Below are positions 56,002 to 64,000 of a DNA stretch of 64,000 nucleotides, piece after piece; the first letter of the stretch is position 1, and each line of letters opens with the position of its first letter. Location: assembly GCF_965657785.1 (NCBI RefSeq), contig NZ_CBFHPP010000002.1, positions 117,974 through 181,973 of the forward strand, given 5' to 3'. Origin of the DNA: Lentibacter sp. GTDB lineage: Bacteria > Pseudomonadota > Alphaproteobacteria > Rhodobacterales > Rhodobacteraceae. Position numbers and translations under genes: made by a program. Under the pieces are notes generated by a model. That model searched no databases. It worked only from the letters and a program-made list of their open reading frames with translations, and was not told the DNA's origin.

Positions 56002-57126
56002 TTAGCCCTCCAGCACGATGGCGGCTGTGTCGGTCCAGCTGAGCCAGACGCTGTCTTCCCAAGTGAAGCTGCGACGCTCCAGCCTTGTGGTATTGGCTGT
56101 CTGGGCTTTGATCATGTGGCCGCCTTCGATTTCGACATGGTAGGTCGACAGATTGCCAAGATAGGCGATATCTATGATTTTGCCTTTGATCGTATTGGTC
56201 ATTTTGGCGGGTTTCTGCGCCGTGATCGAGACTTTCTCGGGGCGGATCGCCAAGGCGCATTTGCTGTTTTCACCCAGATCATTTGTTGTCTTGGCGTGCA
56301 GCGGCGCTTTGCCTTCCGCATAGGTAATGTCGTAGCCGTCGCTGGCGCGGGTGGCATGGCCGTTGAGGATGTTCACATCACCGATGAAATCGGCGACATA
56401 AACCGAATTGGGCCGCTCATAGATATCGGCAGGGGTGGCGACCTGAATGATTTGGCCTTCGTCCATCACGGCCACGCGTGAGGCGACAGTCATGGCCTCC
56501 TCCTGATCGTGGGTCACGATGACAAAGGTTGTGCCGGTCTTTTCCTGAATATCCATCAGCTCAAACTGGGTGTCTTGACGCAGCTTTTTATCGAGCGCAC
56601 CGAGCGGTTCGTCCAGAAGCAAAAGCTTGGGCGCTTTGGCGAGAGAGCGGGCGAGGGCCACGCGCTGACGCTGGCCCCCCGAAATCTGGTGGGGCTTGCG
56701 CTTGGCGAATTTGGTGAGCCGCGTGAGGCGGAGCATCTCTTCGACGCGCGCGTCTATTTCAGGCTTGGGTTTGCCTTCGCGCTTTAGGCCGAAAGCAATA
56801 TTTTCTGCGACCGACAGGTGCGGGAAAAGCGCATAGGACTGGAACATCATGTTCACGGCGCGCTTGTTGGGCGGCACGCCTGCCATGTCTTGTCCTGCAA
56901 TCAGGATCTGGCCTTCTGTCGGGGTCTCAAAGCCGCCGAGCATCCGCATCATTGTCGTCTTTCCGCAGCCTGACGGGCCGAGCAGCGCAAAGAATTCCTT
57001 GGCGTAAATATTCTGTGTGAGGTTGTCGATGGCGACGAAATCACCAAAGCGCTTGGTGACATTTTTAAATTCGATGAGCGGCTTTTCGTCCGCGTCGAGC
57101 CAAGGTGCGAAAACTGTCTGTGCCAT
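56002..57126 (-). CDS. potG: Polyamine ABC transporter ATP-binding protein (PotG/PotA-like)
   Basis: Walker A GPSGCGKTT, the signature ISGGQRQRVALARSL and Walker B LLLLDEP are present. I prefer ATG 57126 (MAQTVFAPW) over the track start 57285, which overlaps potF. Confidence 0.9.
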   Translation of the reverse strand: MAQTVFAPWLDADEKPLIEFKNVTKRFGDFVAIDNLTQNIYAKEFFALLGPSGCGKTTMMRMLGGFETPTEGQILIAGQDMAGVPPNKRAVNMMFQSYALFPHLSVAENIAFGLKREGKPKPEIDARVEEMLRLTRLTKFAKRKPHQISGGQRQRVALARSLAKAPKLLLLDEPLGALDKKLRQDTQFELMDIQEKTGTTFVIVTHDQEEAMTVASRVAVMDEGQIIQVATPADIYERPNSVYVADFIGDVNILNGHATRASDGYDITYAEGKAPLHAKTTNDLGENSKCALAIRPEKVSITAQKPAKMTNTIKGKIIDIAYLGNLSTYHVEIEGGHMIKAQTANTTRLERRSFTWEDSVWLSWTDTAAIVLEG

Positions 57127-57144
57127 GCGTATCCCTAGAAGTTT

Positions 57145-57174
57145 AAAAAGCCCGCAAACCGGAGTTTGCGGGCT
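57145..57174 (-). terminator. Intra-operon hairpin with T-run between the binding-protein gene and the ATPase gene (partial terminator or attenuator)
   Basis: The reverse strand reads AGCCCGCAAAC-TCCG-GTTTGCGGGCT, followed by TTTTTAAAC. Confidence 0.6.
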
Positions 57175-57184
57175 GTGTTCGGGC

Positions 57185-58270
57185 TTATGTGCCTGATTTG
57201 ATTTTTGTCCAGAGACGTGTGACGACACGCTGGACTTTTGCGTCATAAGGAGAGGTTGTGTAGAGCTTCTCCAGTGTTGCCGCATCAGGGTAGATCGCTG
57301 TATCGCCGATCACGTCTTCCTCGAGCATAGGCTGTGAGGCCAAGTTGCCGTTGGCGTAATAGACATAGTTTGACGCGGCGGCCATGTTCTCGGCGTTCAT
57401 GATGAAGTCGAGGAACTTATGCGCTCCGTCGACGTTTGGGGCATCAATTGGAATAGCCATTTGGTCAAACCACATCAGCGCGCCCTCTTTGGGAGCGTTA
57501 TAGGCGATTTCGACACCGTTCTCGGCTTCTGCTGCGCGGTCACGCGCTTGAAGAATGTCGCCTGACCAGCCGAAGGCCACGCAGATATCGCCGTTGGCGA
57601 GGGCGTTGATATATTCGGAGCTGTGGAACTTCTGCACGTGCGGCGCGATGGCGGTCAGCACGGCTTCTGTTTTGCCAATAACGTCGGGGTCCTGGCTGTC
57701 GGGGTCTTCGCCGATATAGGCCAGCGCGGCTGGGATCATCTCGGCGGGCGCATCAAGAAAATGCACGCCGCATGAGGCGAGCTTTTCCATATTGGCTGGA
57801 TTGAACACCAGATCCAGTGAGCCGACCGGCGCATCCTCTCCGAGAATTTCCTTGACCTTGTTAACGTTTACGCCAAGGCCCGTTGTGCCCCACATATAGT
57901 TGATCGAATAGGCGTTGTCGGGGTCGTATTTTGCGGTGCGGGCTTCGATTGCATCCCACATATTGCCTTTGTTGCTGAGCTTGGAGGTGTCGAGCTTCTG
58001 GAACGCGCCTGCAGAGATCTGACGCTGCAGGAACGTGCCCGACGGCACAACAACATCATAGCCAGAGCCGCCTGCGAGCATTTTGGTTTCGAGCACTTCG
58101 TTTGAGTCAAACACGTCGTAGATGAGCTTGATGCCGGTTTCTTCTTCGAATTTGGCGAGCAGCTCTTCATCGATATAATCAGACCAGTTGTAGACGCGCA
58201 CTTCTTCGGCTGAGGCCATGCCTGCGACGAGCGCGAGTGAGGCTGCTGCTGAAAGCAGATAGGTTTTCAT
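57185..58270 (-). CDS. potF: Putrescine/spermidine-binding periplasmic protein (PotF/PotD family)
   Basis: A signal peptide (MKTYLLSAAASLALVAGMASA) is followed by VRVYNWSDYIDEELLAKFEEETGIKLIYDVFDSNE, typical of PotF. I prefer ATG 58270 over the track start 58351. Confidence 0.88.
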   Translation of the reverse strand: MKTYLLSAAASLALVAGMASAEEVRVYNWSDYIDEELLAKFEEETGIKLIYDVFDSNEVLETKMLAGGSGYDVVVPSGTFLQRQISAGAFQKLDTSKLSNKGNMWDAIEARTAKYDPDNAYSINYMWGTTGLGVNVNKVKEILGEDAPVGSLDLVFNPANMEKLASCGVHFLDAPAEMIPAALAYIGEDPDSQDPDVIGKTEAVLTAIAPHVQKFHSSEYINALANGDICVAFGWSGDILQARDRAAEAENGVEIAYNAPKEGALMWFDQMAIPIDAPNVDGAHKFLDFIMNAENMAAASNYVYYANGNLASQPMLEEDVIGDTAIYPDAATLEKLYTTSPYDAKVQRVVTRLWTKIKSGT

Positions 58271-58314
58271 GTTTGGTTTCTCCCTGTTTGCGAGGTCATT
58301 CCCCTTGACGAAAT

Positions 58315-58326
58315 ATTTGATCAAGT
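58315..58326. promoter_or_regulatory. ATTTGATCAAGT (11/12 match to the 51353 palindrome) in the potF / GntR divergent promoter region
   Basis: The sequence is read directly and is followed by TTTGAC, the same arrangement as at 51353. Confidence 0.4.
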
Positions 58327-58405
58327 TTTGACTGTCTTGGCAACATTTCAATTATGATGCCTGCACGATGAGCGGCAAAATGCAAGAGATTCGGAAGGAT
58401 AGACT

Positions 58406-59119
58406 ATGACGCAAGACCCCGCCCACTCGGCCAATCTGGTGAGTTTTGCAGCCTATCCAGCGCAGTCTTCGGCAGACCTGCCGGCACATGAAAAAGTTTA
58501 TCGCCAGATGCGCGATTTGCTTTTGTTTGGCGAGCTGGCACCGGGACAGGCCGTGACCATTCAGGGCATATGCAACACGCTTGGCGCAGGGATGACGCCT
58601 GTGCGGGAAGCCATTCGCCGGCTAACGGCGGAAGGAGCGCTTGAGTTCTTGGGAAACAGGCGTGTTGTCGTGCCTGTGCTGAGTGTTGGGCACGTGAACG
58701 AGCTCATTTTTGCACGTCAGGCTATTGAACCGCAGCTCACCGTGCGGGCCACCGAGCGGGCGACAGACGAGGGCATTGAGGAGCTGACCTTGATCGACGA
58801 TGCGCTGGATCTCGCGATTGCGCAGGGGGATGTGCGAAACTATCTTGAGCAGAATTATCGCTTCCATGCGCGGCTCTATTCGATGGCGGATGCGCCTATT
58901 CTTTCAGCACTGGCAGACGGGCTTTGGCTAAGATTTGGGCCAAGTTTGCGCGTGGTTTGCGGGCGGGTGGGCACCCAGAATCTCCCTGATCAACACCATG
59001 AGGCACTGAGCGCGATGCGCGCCGGCGATGCGCAGGCTGCGGCCAAAGCAATGCGGGAAGATGTGATTCAAGGCATGGAGCAGGTGCGGCGGGCGCTCTG
59101 CGAAACCACAAGAGATTGA
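58406..59119 (+). CDS. GntR-family transcriptional regulator (FadR/FCD subfamily)
   Basis: An N-terminal wHTH (VYRQMRDLLLFGELAPGQAVTIQGICNTLGAGMTPVREAIRRLTAEGALEF) precedes an all-helical C-terminal domain. Confidence 0.88.
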   Translation: MTQDPAHSANLVSFAAYPAQSSADLPAHEKVYRQMRDLLLFGELAPGQAVTIQGICNTLGAGMTPVREAIRRLTAEGALEFLGNRRVVVPVLSVGHVNELIFARQAIEPQLTVRATERATDEGIEELTLIDDALDLAIAQGDVRNYLEQNYRFHARLYSMADAPILSALADGLWLRFGPSLRVVCGRVGTQNLPDQHHEALSAMRAGDAQAAAKAMREDVIQGMEQVRRALCETTRD

Positions 59120-59128
59120 CAGGAAATA

Positions 59129-59140
59129 ATTTGATCATAT
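59129..59140. promoter_or_regulatory. ATTTGATCATAT (11/12 match) upstream of the spuC-like gene, with a half-site AATTGATC at 59155-59162
   Basis: The sequence is read directly. It lies 56 bp upstream of ATG 59196. Confidence 0.4.
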
Positions 59141-59195
59141 TCTGACGGAGATAAAATTGATCGCGTAGGCACGCCCGCGCCTCTGGGAGTTTGAT

Positions 59196-60590
59196 ATGAC
59201 ACAGATCACCAACCATATGCCAACAGAAGAGCTGCAGCGCCTTGACGCGGCACATCACATGCACCCGTTCACAACCAATGACGAGCTTGAGAAGAAGGGC
59301 GCGCGCGTCATTACCCGCGCCAAGGGCGTGACGCTGACAGACAGCGAGGGCAACGAGATCCTTGATGCGATGGCGGGGTTATGGTGTGTGAATATTGGCT
59401 ATGGGCGCGACGAATTGGCCGAGGTCTCAAGCCGCCAGATGCGAGAACTGCCATATTATAACACGTTTTTTCAAACGACCCATGTGCCTGCGATTGCTTT
59501 GGCCGAGCGTTTGGCAGAGCTGACGCCCTATGATCTGAACCATGTTTTCTTTGCCAATTCGGGCTCGGAAGCGAATGATACAAACATCCGTATTGTGCGC
59601 ACCTATTGGCAGGAAAAGGGCCAACCCGAGAAGACTGTGATCATATCTCGCAAAAATGCGTATCACGGCTCGTCTGTGGCCTCATCGGCTTTGGGTGGAA
59701 TGTCAGGAATGCACGCGCAGAGCGGGATGATCCCTGATATCCACCATATCGACCAGCCGAACTGGTGGGCCGAGGGCGGCGATATGAGCCCTGAAGATTT
59801 TGGGCTTGAGCGCGCCCAACAGCTTGAGACGGCGATCCTTGAATTGGGTGAAGATAAAGTCGCGGCCTTTATCGGCGAGCCTGTGCAGGGCGCTGGCGGT
59901 GTGATTGTTCCGCCGTCGACATATTGGCCCGAAATCCAGCGTATTTGTGACAAATACGGTATCCTTCTGATTGCCGATGAGGTGATCTGCGGATTTGGCC
60001 GCACGGGGAACTGGTTTGGCTCGCAAACGATGGGAATCAAGCCTGATATTATGACCGTGGCAAAGGGGCTTAGCTCTGGGTATGCGCCGATCTCGGCGAG
60101 TATTGTGAACGACAAAGTGGCCGCTGTATTGGGGGCCTGTGAGTTTAACCATGGCTATACCTATTCGGGCCACCCTGTGGCCTGTGCCGTGGCGCTGGAG
60201 AACCTGCGGATCCTTGACGAAGAGGGCATCGTGAGCCACGCAGCTGAAGAGCTTGCGCCTTATTTAAAAGAGAAATTCGAGAGCCTTGGCGACCATCCGA
60301 TGGTTGGTGAAGTCAAGGTTGTGGGGATGATGGGATCACTGGCTTTGACGCCTGACAAGACGACGCGGGCGAAGTTTGCGGTGGATGTGGGGACGGTTGG
60401 GTTTATGGTGCGGGAGCGGTGTTTTGCCAATAATCTGATCATGCGTCATGTCGGGGACCGGATGGTGATTTCTCCGCCGCTTGTGATTACGAAAGCCGAG
60501 ATTGATACGTTGATTCTGCGGGCGCGCAAGGCGCTGGACGAGGGCTATGAGAACGTTAAAAAAGCCGGTCTTTTCAAGGCGATGAGCTAG
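59196..60590 (+). CDS. spuC: Putrescine-pyruvate aminotransferase-like class-III aminotransferase
   Basis: Long collinear similarity (from memory) to Pseudomonas SpuC covers HHMHPFT, AGLWCVNIGYGR, LPYYNTFFQTTH, GEPVQGAGGVIVPPSTYWPEIQRIC, ADEVICGFGRTG, AKGLSSGY and FNHGYTYSGHPV. Confidence 0.85.
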   Translation: MTQITNHMPTEELQRLDAAHHMHPFTTNDELEKKGARVITRAKGVTLTDSEGNEILDAMAGLWCVNIGYGRDELAEVSSRQMRELPYYNTFFQTTHVPAIALAERLAELTPYDLNHVFFANSGSEANDTNIRIVRTYWQEKGQPEKTVIISRKNAYHGSSVASSALGGMSGMHAQSGMIPDIHHIDQPNWWAEGGDMSPEDFGLERAQQLETAILELGEDKVAAFIGEPVQGAGGVIVPPSTYWPEIQRICDKYGILLIADEVICGFGRTGNWFGSQTMGIKPDIMTVAKGLSSGYAPISASIVNDKVAAVLGACEFNHGYTYSGHPVACAVALENLRILDEEGIVSHAAEELAPYLKEKFESLGDHPMVGEVKVVGMMGSLALTPDKTTRAKFAVDVGTVGFMVRERCFANNLIMRHVGDRMVISPPLVITKAEIDTLILRARKALDEGYENVKKAGLFKAMS

Positions 60591-60698
60591 GGGTCTCGCC
60601 TGCTGGCGCAGGCGACCCATTGGGGGGCTCTGCCCCCCAGTTTCAAAAACCCTGCGGTTTTTGAAACATCCCCCCGGGATATTTCGGGAAAGAAAAAG
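60591..60698 (+). repeat. Modular hairpin repeat, copy G (modules rearranged)
   Basis: The copy reads GGGGTCTCGCCTGCTGGCGCAGGCGACCC, then GGGGGGCTCTGCCCCCC, then GTTTCAAAAACC-CTGC-GGTTTTTGAAAC, then CCCCCCGGGATATTTCGGGAAAGAAAAAG. Confidence 0.8.
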
Positions 60699-60723
60699 CG
60701 GTTTTTCGAGCTGCGTTCAGCAT

Positions 60724-60796
60724 GGTTAACGGCGCTTATAGAGGCTGATTCCAGGGGGGTGATATGTGTGCACAAAGCGTGCACCATGCGTGCACC
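60724..60796 (+). repeat. GTGCAC-array repeat, locus 2
   Basis: The sequence is GGTTAACGGC...GGCTGATTCCAGGGGGGTGATATGTGTGCACAAAGCGTGCACCATGCGTGCACC. GTGCAC occurs at 60768, 60779 and 60790 (11-bp phasing). It shares a 23-nt identical core AAAGCGTGCACCATGCGTGCACC with locus 1. Confidence 0.85.
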
Positions 60797-60851
60797 CCCC
60801 TGTTGCGCCAATTATTAGGCGAAAATTAAATAACGGTGCGTGCGCTGCCTG

Positions 60852-62012
60852 TCAGGCTATGAGCTTGCGGCTGAGGCCCTTGAGCATGGCGAGGCAAGCC
60901 TCAAGCTGATCGGGGGCGATAAACTCGTCGGGTTTGTGGGCTTGTTCGATGCTGCCCGGGCCGCAGACCACGGCGGACAACCCGAGCTGTTGAAAGAGGC
61001 CCGCTTCTGTGCCGAAGGCCACCACATCAACCCCGTTGCCGCCTGTGAGCGCGGCGCAGAGGTCGCGGGCTTCGTTGTCTTCCATTGGCATGAGGCCAGC
61101 AACCTCCCCCATGGTCTCGACTTCGATGTTTGCCGCCGGATGCACCACGCGCATGGCGGGGAGCAAAACGTCGTTTGTGTAGCTGTCCAGCTCTTTGTGC
61201 ACAAAGTGGTAATCGCTGTCCTGAACGGGGCGAAACTCCCAATCGACTTCGGCTTTGCCGACGATCACGTTATGGGCCACGCCGCCCGTGAGACGGCCGA
61301 TATTCACGGTTGTATAGGGCGGCTCAAAGCGGCTGCCTTCGGGGGCGCGCGCCATAAGATCGTGGCGCAGCTCCATCAGCTTGCTGACGTAGCGCACCGC
61401 ATATTCGGCGGCATTCACCCCGCGCGCGGGCTGGCTGCCATGGCCTTCAAGGCCTGTGAAACGGGTGGTGTATTCGCAACAGCCTTTGTGGCCTTCGATG
61501 ATGCGCATTTCTGTGGGTTCGCCAATGATGGCGATGGCGGGCTTGAGGCCTTGGGCCTTCAGTTCCTCGACCAAGGCTTGCGCGCCGATGCAGCCTGTTT
61601 CTTCGTCATGGGTGAAGGCGAAGTGGACGGGGCGCGCCAGATCAAGTGCTGCGTAATCTTCGGCCATGGCAAGCGTCGCGGCGATAAAGCCTTTCATGTC
61701 ACAGGTGCCACGGCCAAAGAGCAGGCCGTCGCGGTCTGTGAGGGTGAAGGGGTCGGATGTCCAATCTTGGTCGGCGACGGGGACGACATCGGAATGACCC
61801 GAAAGCACAATGCCACCGTCGCCCTCGGGGCCGAGGGTTGCGAAGAGATTGGCTTTGGTGCCGCAGGGCGAGGTGAAGGTGCTCACCCGCGCGCCGAGCT
61901 GACCGAGATGATCGGCCATGAAGGCGATCATCGCGAGATTGCTCTCAGGGGAGATGGTTGGAAAAGCGATGAGCTTTTCCAATATGTCGACGGTGCGGGC
62001 GAGGCTGCTCAT
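60852..62012 (-). CDS. argE: M20-family deacylase (acetylornithine deacetylase ArgE-like)
   Basis: LSGHSDVVPV and HDEETGCIGA metal-ligand motifs are present in a 386-aa ORF. The physiological substrate is uncertain given the catabolic neighbours. Confidence 0.7.
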   Translation of the reverse strand: MSSLARTVDILEKLIAFPTISPESNLAMIAFMADHLGQLGARVSTFTSPCGTKANLFATLGPEGDGGIVLSGHSDVVPVADQDWTSDPFTLTDRDGLLFGRGTCDMKGFIAATLAMAEDYAALDLARPVHFAFTHDEETGCIGAQALVEELKAQGLKPAIAIIGEPTEMRIIEGHKGCCEYTTRFTGLEGHGSQPARGVNAAEYAVRYVSKLMELRHDLMARAPEGSRFEPPYTTVNIGRLTGGVAHNVIVGKAEVDWEFRPVQDSDYHFVHKELDSYTNDVLLPAMRVVHPAANIEVETMGEVAGLMPMEDNEARDLCAALTGGNGVDVVAFGTEAGLFQQLGLSAVVCGPGSIEQAHKPDEFIAPDQLEACLAMLKGLSRKLIA

Positions 62013-63193
62013 GGTTTGACGAACATCTTGCGAGGACGATCACAGAGCGCTTCGGCGGGGCCTTCGTCGCGGATCAGAATTGTCTCGGTGATTTCCATGC
62101 CCCAATCGTCCATCCAGAGGCCTGGCATGAAGTGGAAGGTCATGCCAGGCTCAAGCACGGTTTCGTCCTCGGCGCGCAGGGAGATTGTGCGCTCGCCCCA
62201 GTCGGGCGGGTAGGAAAGGCCAATGGGGTAGCCACAGCGCGCGCCACGCTCGATCCCTGCGGCCTCAAGTGGCGCGGCGAGGGCATTGGCGATATCGCAG
62301 GCGCGGTTGCCGGCGCGCGCCTTTTCAAGGCCCGCTTCAAGGCCTTCGACCAGAGCGGCCTCGGCGCGCTTGAGAAAATCGCTTGGCTCGCCAAGGAAGA
62401 TCGTGCGGCAGAAGGGGGCGTGATAGCGGCGGTAGCAGCCCGAAATTTCAAAGAAGGTCGCCTCGCCCTTCTGGAAGGGGCGGCCATCCCATGTGAGGTG
62501 GGGCGCGGCGGCGTCGGAGCCTGAGGGCAGGAGCGGCACAATGGCGGCATAATCGCCCCAGTGGCCATCGGCACCGAGGATCAGATCGCGCTGGAGATCG
62601 GCGACGACCTCGTTCTTGGGGATGCCGACTTCGACGCGCTCAAGGAGGCCATCGACGACTTTTTCGCTGATGCGCGCGGCGCGGCGCATGAAGACCAGCT
62701 CTTCTTCGGACTTCACGGTGCGCTGCCAGTTGACCAGCGCTGTGGCGTCAAGGAACTGCGCGTTGGGCAGCTCTGTGAGCAGGGTCTGGAAGGCTTTGGC
62801 GGAGAAATAGTAATTGTCCATTTCGACGCCGATGCGCACATCTTCCTTGCCGATAGATTTGATGCGCTCGGCGAGGTCTTGCATGGGGTGGCGTGTTGTC
62901 GACTGCACGAAGTGGTCGGCGTAGCCGTGGATATGGCTGTCTTCCATCCAGACGGTGCGGAGCGCGCCGTTGGCGTCCTGACGGCGGCCCCACCAATGGG
63001 GCGCGCTGTCATGGGTTATGATGACGCCTTGATGGACATAAAACGACCAGCCGTCATAGCCTGTGAGCCACGCCATATTGGAGGGGTCTTGCACATAGAG
63101 CAGGTCGATGCCTGCGGCTTCCATGGCGAGGCGTGTTTTGGTCAGGCGAGCGGCATATTCGACTTCGGAAAAGGGGGTTCTGTGGAAATTCAT
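62009..63193 (-). CDS. M24-family metallopeptidase (creatinase/prolidase fold with a creatinase-like N-domain)
   Basis: The 394-aa ORF contains IDLLYVQDPSNMAWLTGYDGWSFYVHQ and the pita-bread fold ligand context (FFEISGCYRRYHAP, GMTFHFMPG). It overlaps the argE-like start by 4 nt. Confidence 0.75.
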   Translation of the reverse strand: MNFHRTPFSEVEYAARLTKTRLAMEAAGIDLLYVQDPSNMAWLTGYDGWSFYVHQGVIITHDSAPHWWGRRQDANGALRTVWMEDSHIHGYADHFVQSTTRHPMQDLAERIKSIGKEDVRIGVEMDNYYFSAKAFQTLLTELPNAQFLDATALVNWQRTVKSEEELVFMRRAARISEKVVDGLLERVEVGIPKNEVVADLQRDLILGADGHWGDYAAIVPLLPSGSDAAAPHLTWDGRPFQKGEATFFEISGCYRRYHAPFCRTIFLGEPSDFLKRAEAALVEGLEAGLEKARAGNRACDIANALAAPLEAAGIERGARCGYPIGLSYPPDWGERTISLRAEDETVLEPGMTFHFMPGLWMDDWGMEITETILIRDEGPAEALCDRPRKMFVKP

Positions 63194-63542
63194 CAGTTTG
63201 GCTCAGTTTGATTTTTGTTTCGCCTATGAGCGGCGAAAGGGAGGATCTGGTCTAGAAGGTAAAACGCCTTGATTTGGCGGTTTGCGACATTTGGGCGTAT
63301 GATTCCCCGCTTGTTCACGCGTTAACTTTGCTGCAACTGCGACATAATCTTGCAACAAAAGGGGCTTAAGAAAAATAAACTGGCGCAAAAGCGGACATTT
63401 TGTGCGCTTTCTGACCAATTATCCTGCTCGGAGGCCTCATAAAAAAATTCTTGGTTAGACTGTTGCATGATACCATCGTCATGAGGTTAGATGTAACGCG
63501 ATAAGTGGTTCAAGCCACAGGAAAACGACGGGGAGCCGATTT

Positions 63543-64000
63543 TTGGCCAACACGCATAATGAAGATGCGTTCGTAGCGTTCGAACGTGTTCAGAAGAGTT
63601 ACGACGGCGAGACGCTTGTTGTAAAAGACCTTAATCTGACACTGCCCAAAGGCGAGTTTCTGACAATGCTTGGGCCGTCAGGCTCGGGCAAGACGACTTG
63701 CCTTATGATGCTTGCCGGCTTTGAAACCGCGACGCATGGCGAGATCAAGATTGACGGTGTGAGTATCAACAACATTCCGCCGCACAAGCGCGGCATTGGT
63801 ATGGTGTTTCAGAACTACGCGCTTTTCCCGCATATGACGATTGCCGAGAACCTCGCGTTTCCGCTTGAGGTCCGCAAGATTGGCAAATCCGAGCGTGAAG
63901 CCAAAGTGAAGCGTGCTTTGGACATGGTCGAGATGGGCAGCTTTGGCGGGCGCCGTCCGGCGCAGCTTTCGGGCGGTCAGCAGCAGCGTGTTGCTTTGGC
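63543..64000 (+). CDS. ABC transporter ATP-binding protein (PotA/CysA-like), 5' part. The gene runs off the right edge.
   Basis: Hand translation in frame gives ...FERVQKSYDGETLVVKDLNLTLPKGEFLTMLGPSGSGKTTCLMMLAGFE...LSGGQQQRVALA. The putative TTG start at 63543 has GGGGAG 7 nt upstream, but the start is uncertain. Confidence 0.8.
   Translation, partial: MANTHNEDAFVAFERVQKSYDGETLVVKDLNLTLPKGEFLTMLGPSGSGKTTCLMMLAGFETATHGEIKIDGVSINNIPPHKRGIGMVFQNYALFPHMTIAENLAFPLEVRKIGKSEREAKVKRALDMVEMGSFGGRRPAQLSGGQQQRVAL

Noticed and set aside
62009-63193. Calling the M24 protein ectoine hydrolase DoeA/EutD
   Set aside because: The N-terminal region resembles DoeA-type M24 enzymes. However, the partner gene is an M20 ArgE-like deacylase rather than a DoeB-type (succinylglutamate desuccinylase family) enzyme. 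No other ectoine-catabolic genes (eutABC, doeCD, uehABC) are visible. I kept the family-level call only.

Overview
This window is about 64 kb of high-GC (by eye ~60%) alphaproteobacterial chromosome. Gene content and synteny fit Rhodobacteraceae best: regB / senC-regA near ahcY, tsaD-gpsA-YciI-EVE, hemD-alphaMic60-hemY-like, rnhB-ccrM, and mutY-DUF721-DsbA. I support 66 protein-coding genes, two of them truncated by the window edges, and almost all are housekeeping or catabolic. I found no rRNA, tRNA, CRISPR array, transposase, integrase, prophage or recognisable defence module. The right third (51.3-64 kb) is a polyamine / omega-amino-compound utilisation region. It holds two class-III aminotransferases, potFGHI-like transporter genes plus an FAD oxidoreductase, a GntR regulator, M20 and M24 hydrolases, and a second ABC ATPase. 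The ORF track contains many long antisense or out-of-frame ORFs that are GC artefacts. It also omits edge-truncated ORFs and ORFs under 60 aa, and I recovered three such genes by hand.

The non-obvious signals are mostly non-coding:
- A modular hairpin repeat family has 7 copies pressed against stop codons.
- A second repeat carries three GTGCAC palindromes phased at exactly 11 bp, at two loci.
- An ATTTGATCAA palindrome is shared by three promoters of the polyamine cluster.
- Three GANTC sites cluster around an inverted repeat in front of ccrM.
- A TTAA-N7-TTAA box sits in an AT-rich islet upstream of a PAS sensor gene.

The coding oddities are a lower-GC divergent pair (GT14-DUF5928 protein plus family-2 sulfotransferase) and a secreted small protein translationally linked to a membrane-anchored winged-helix protein. 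All functional calls come from motif recognition in the translations, and no database search was possible.
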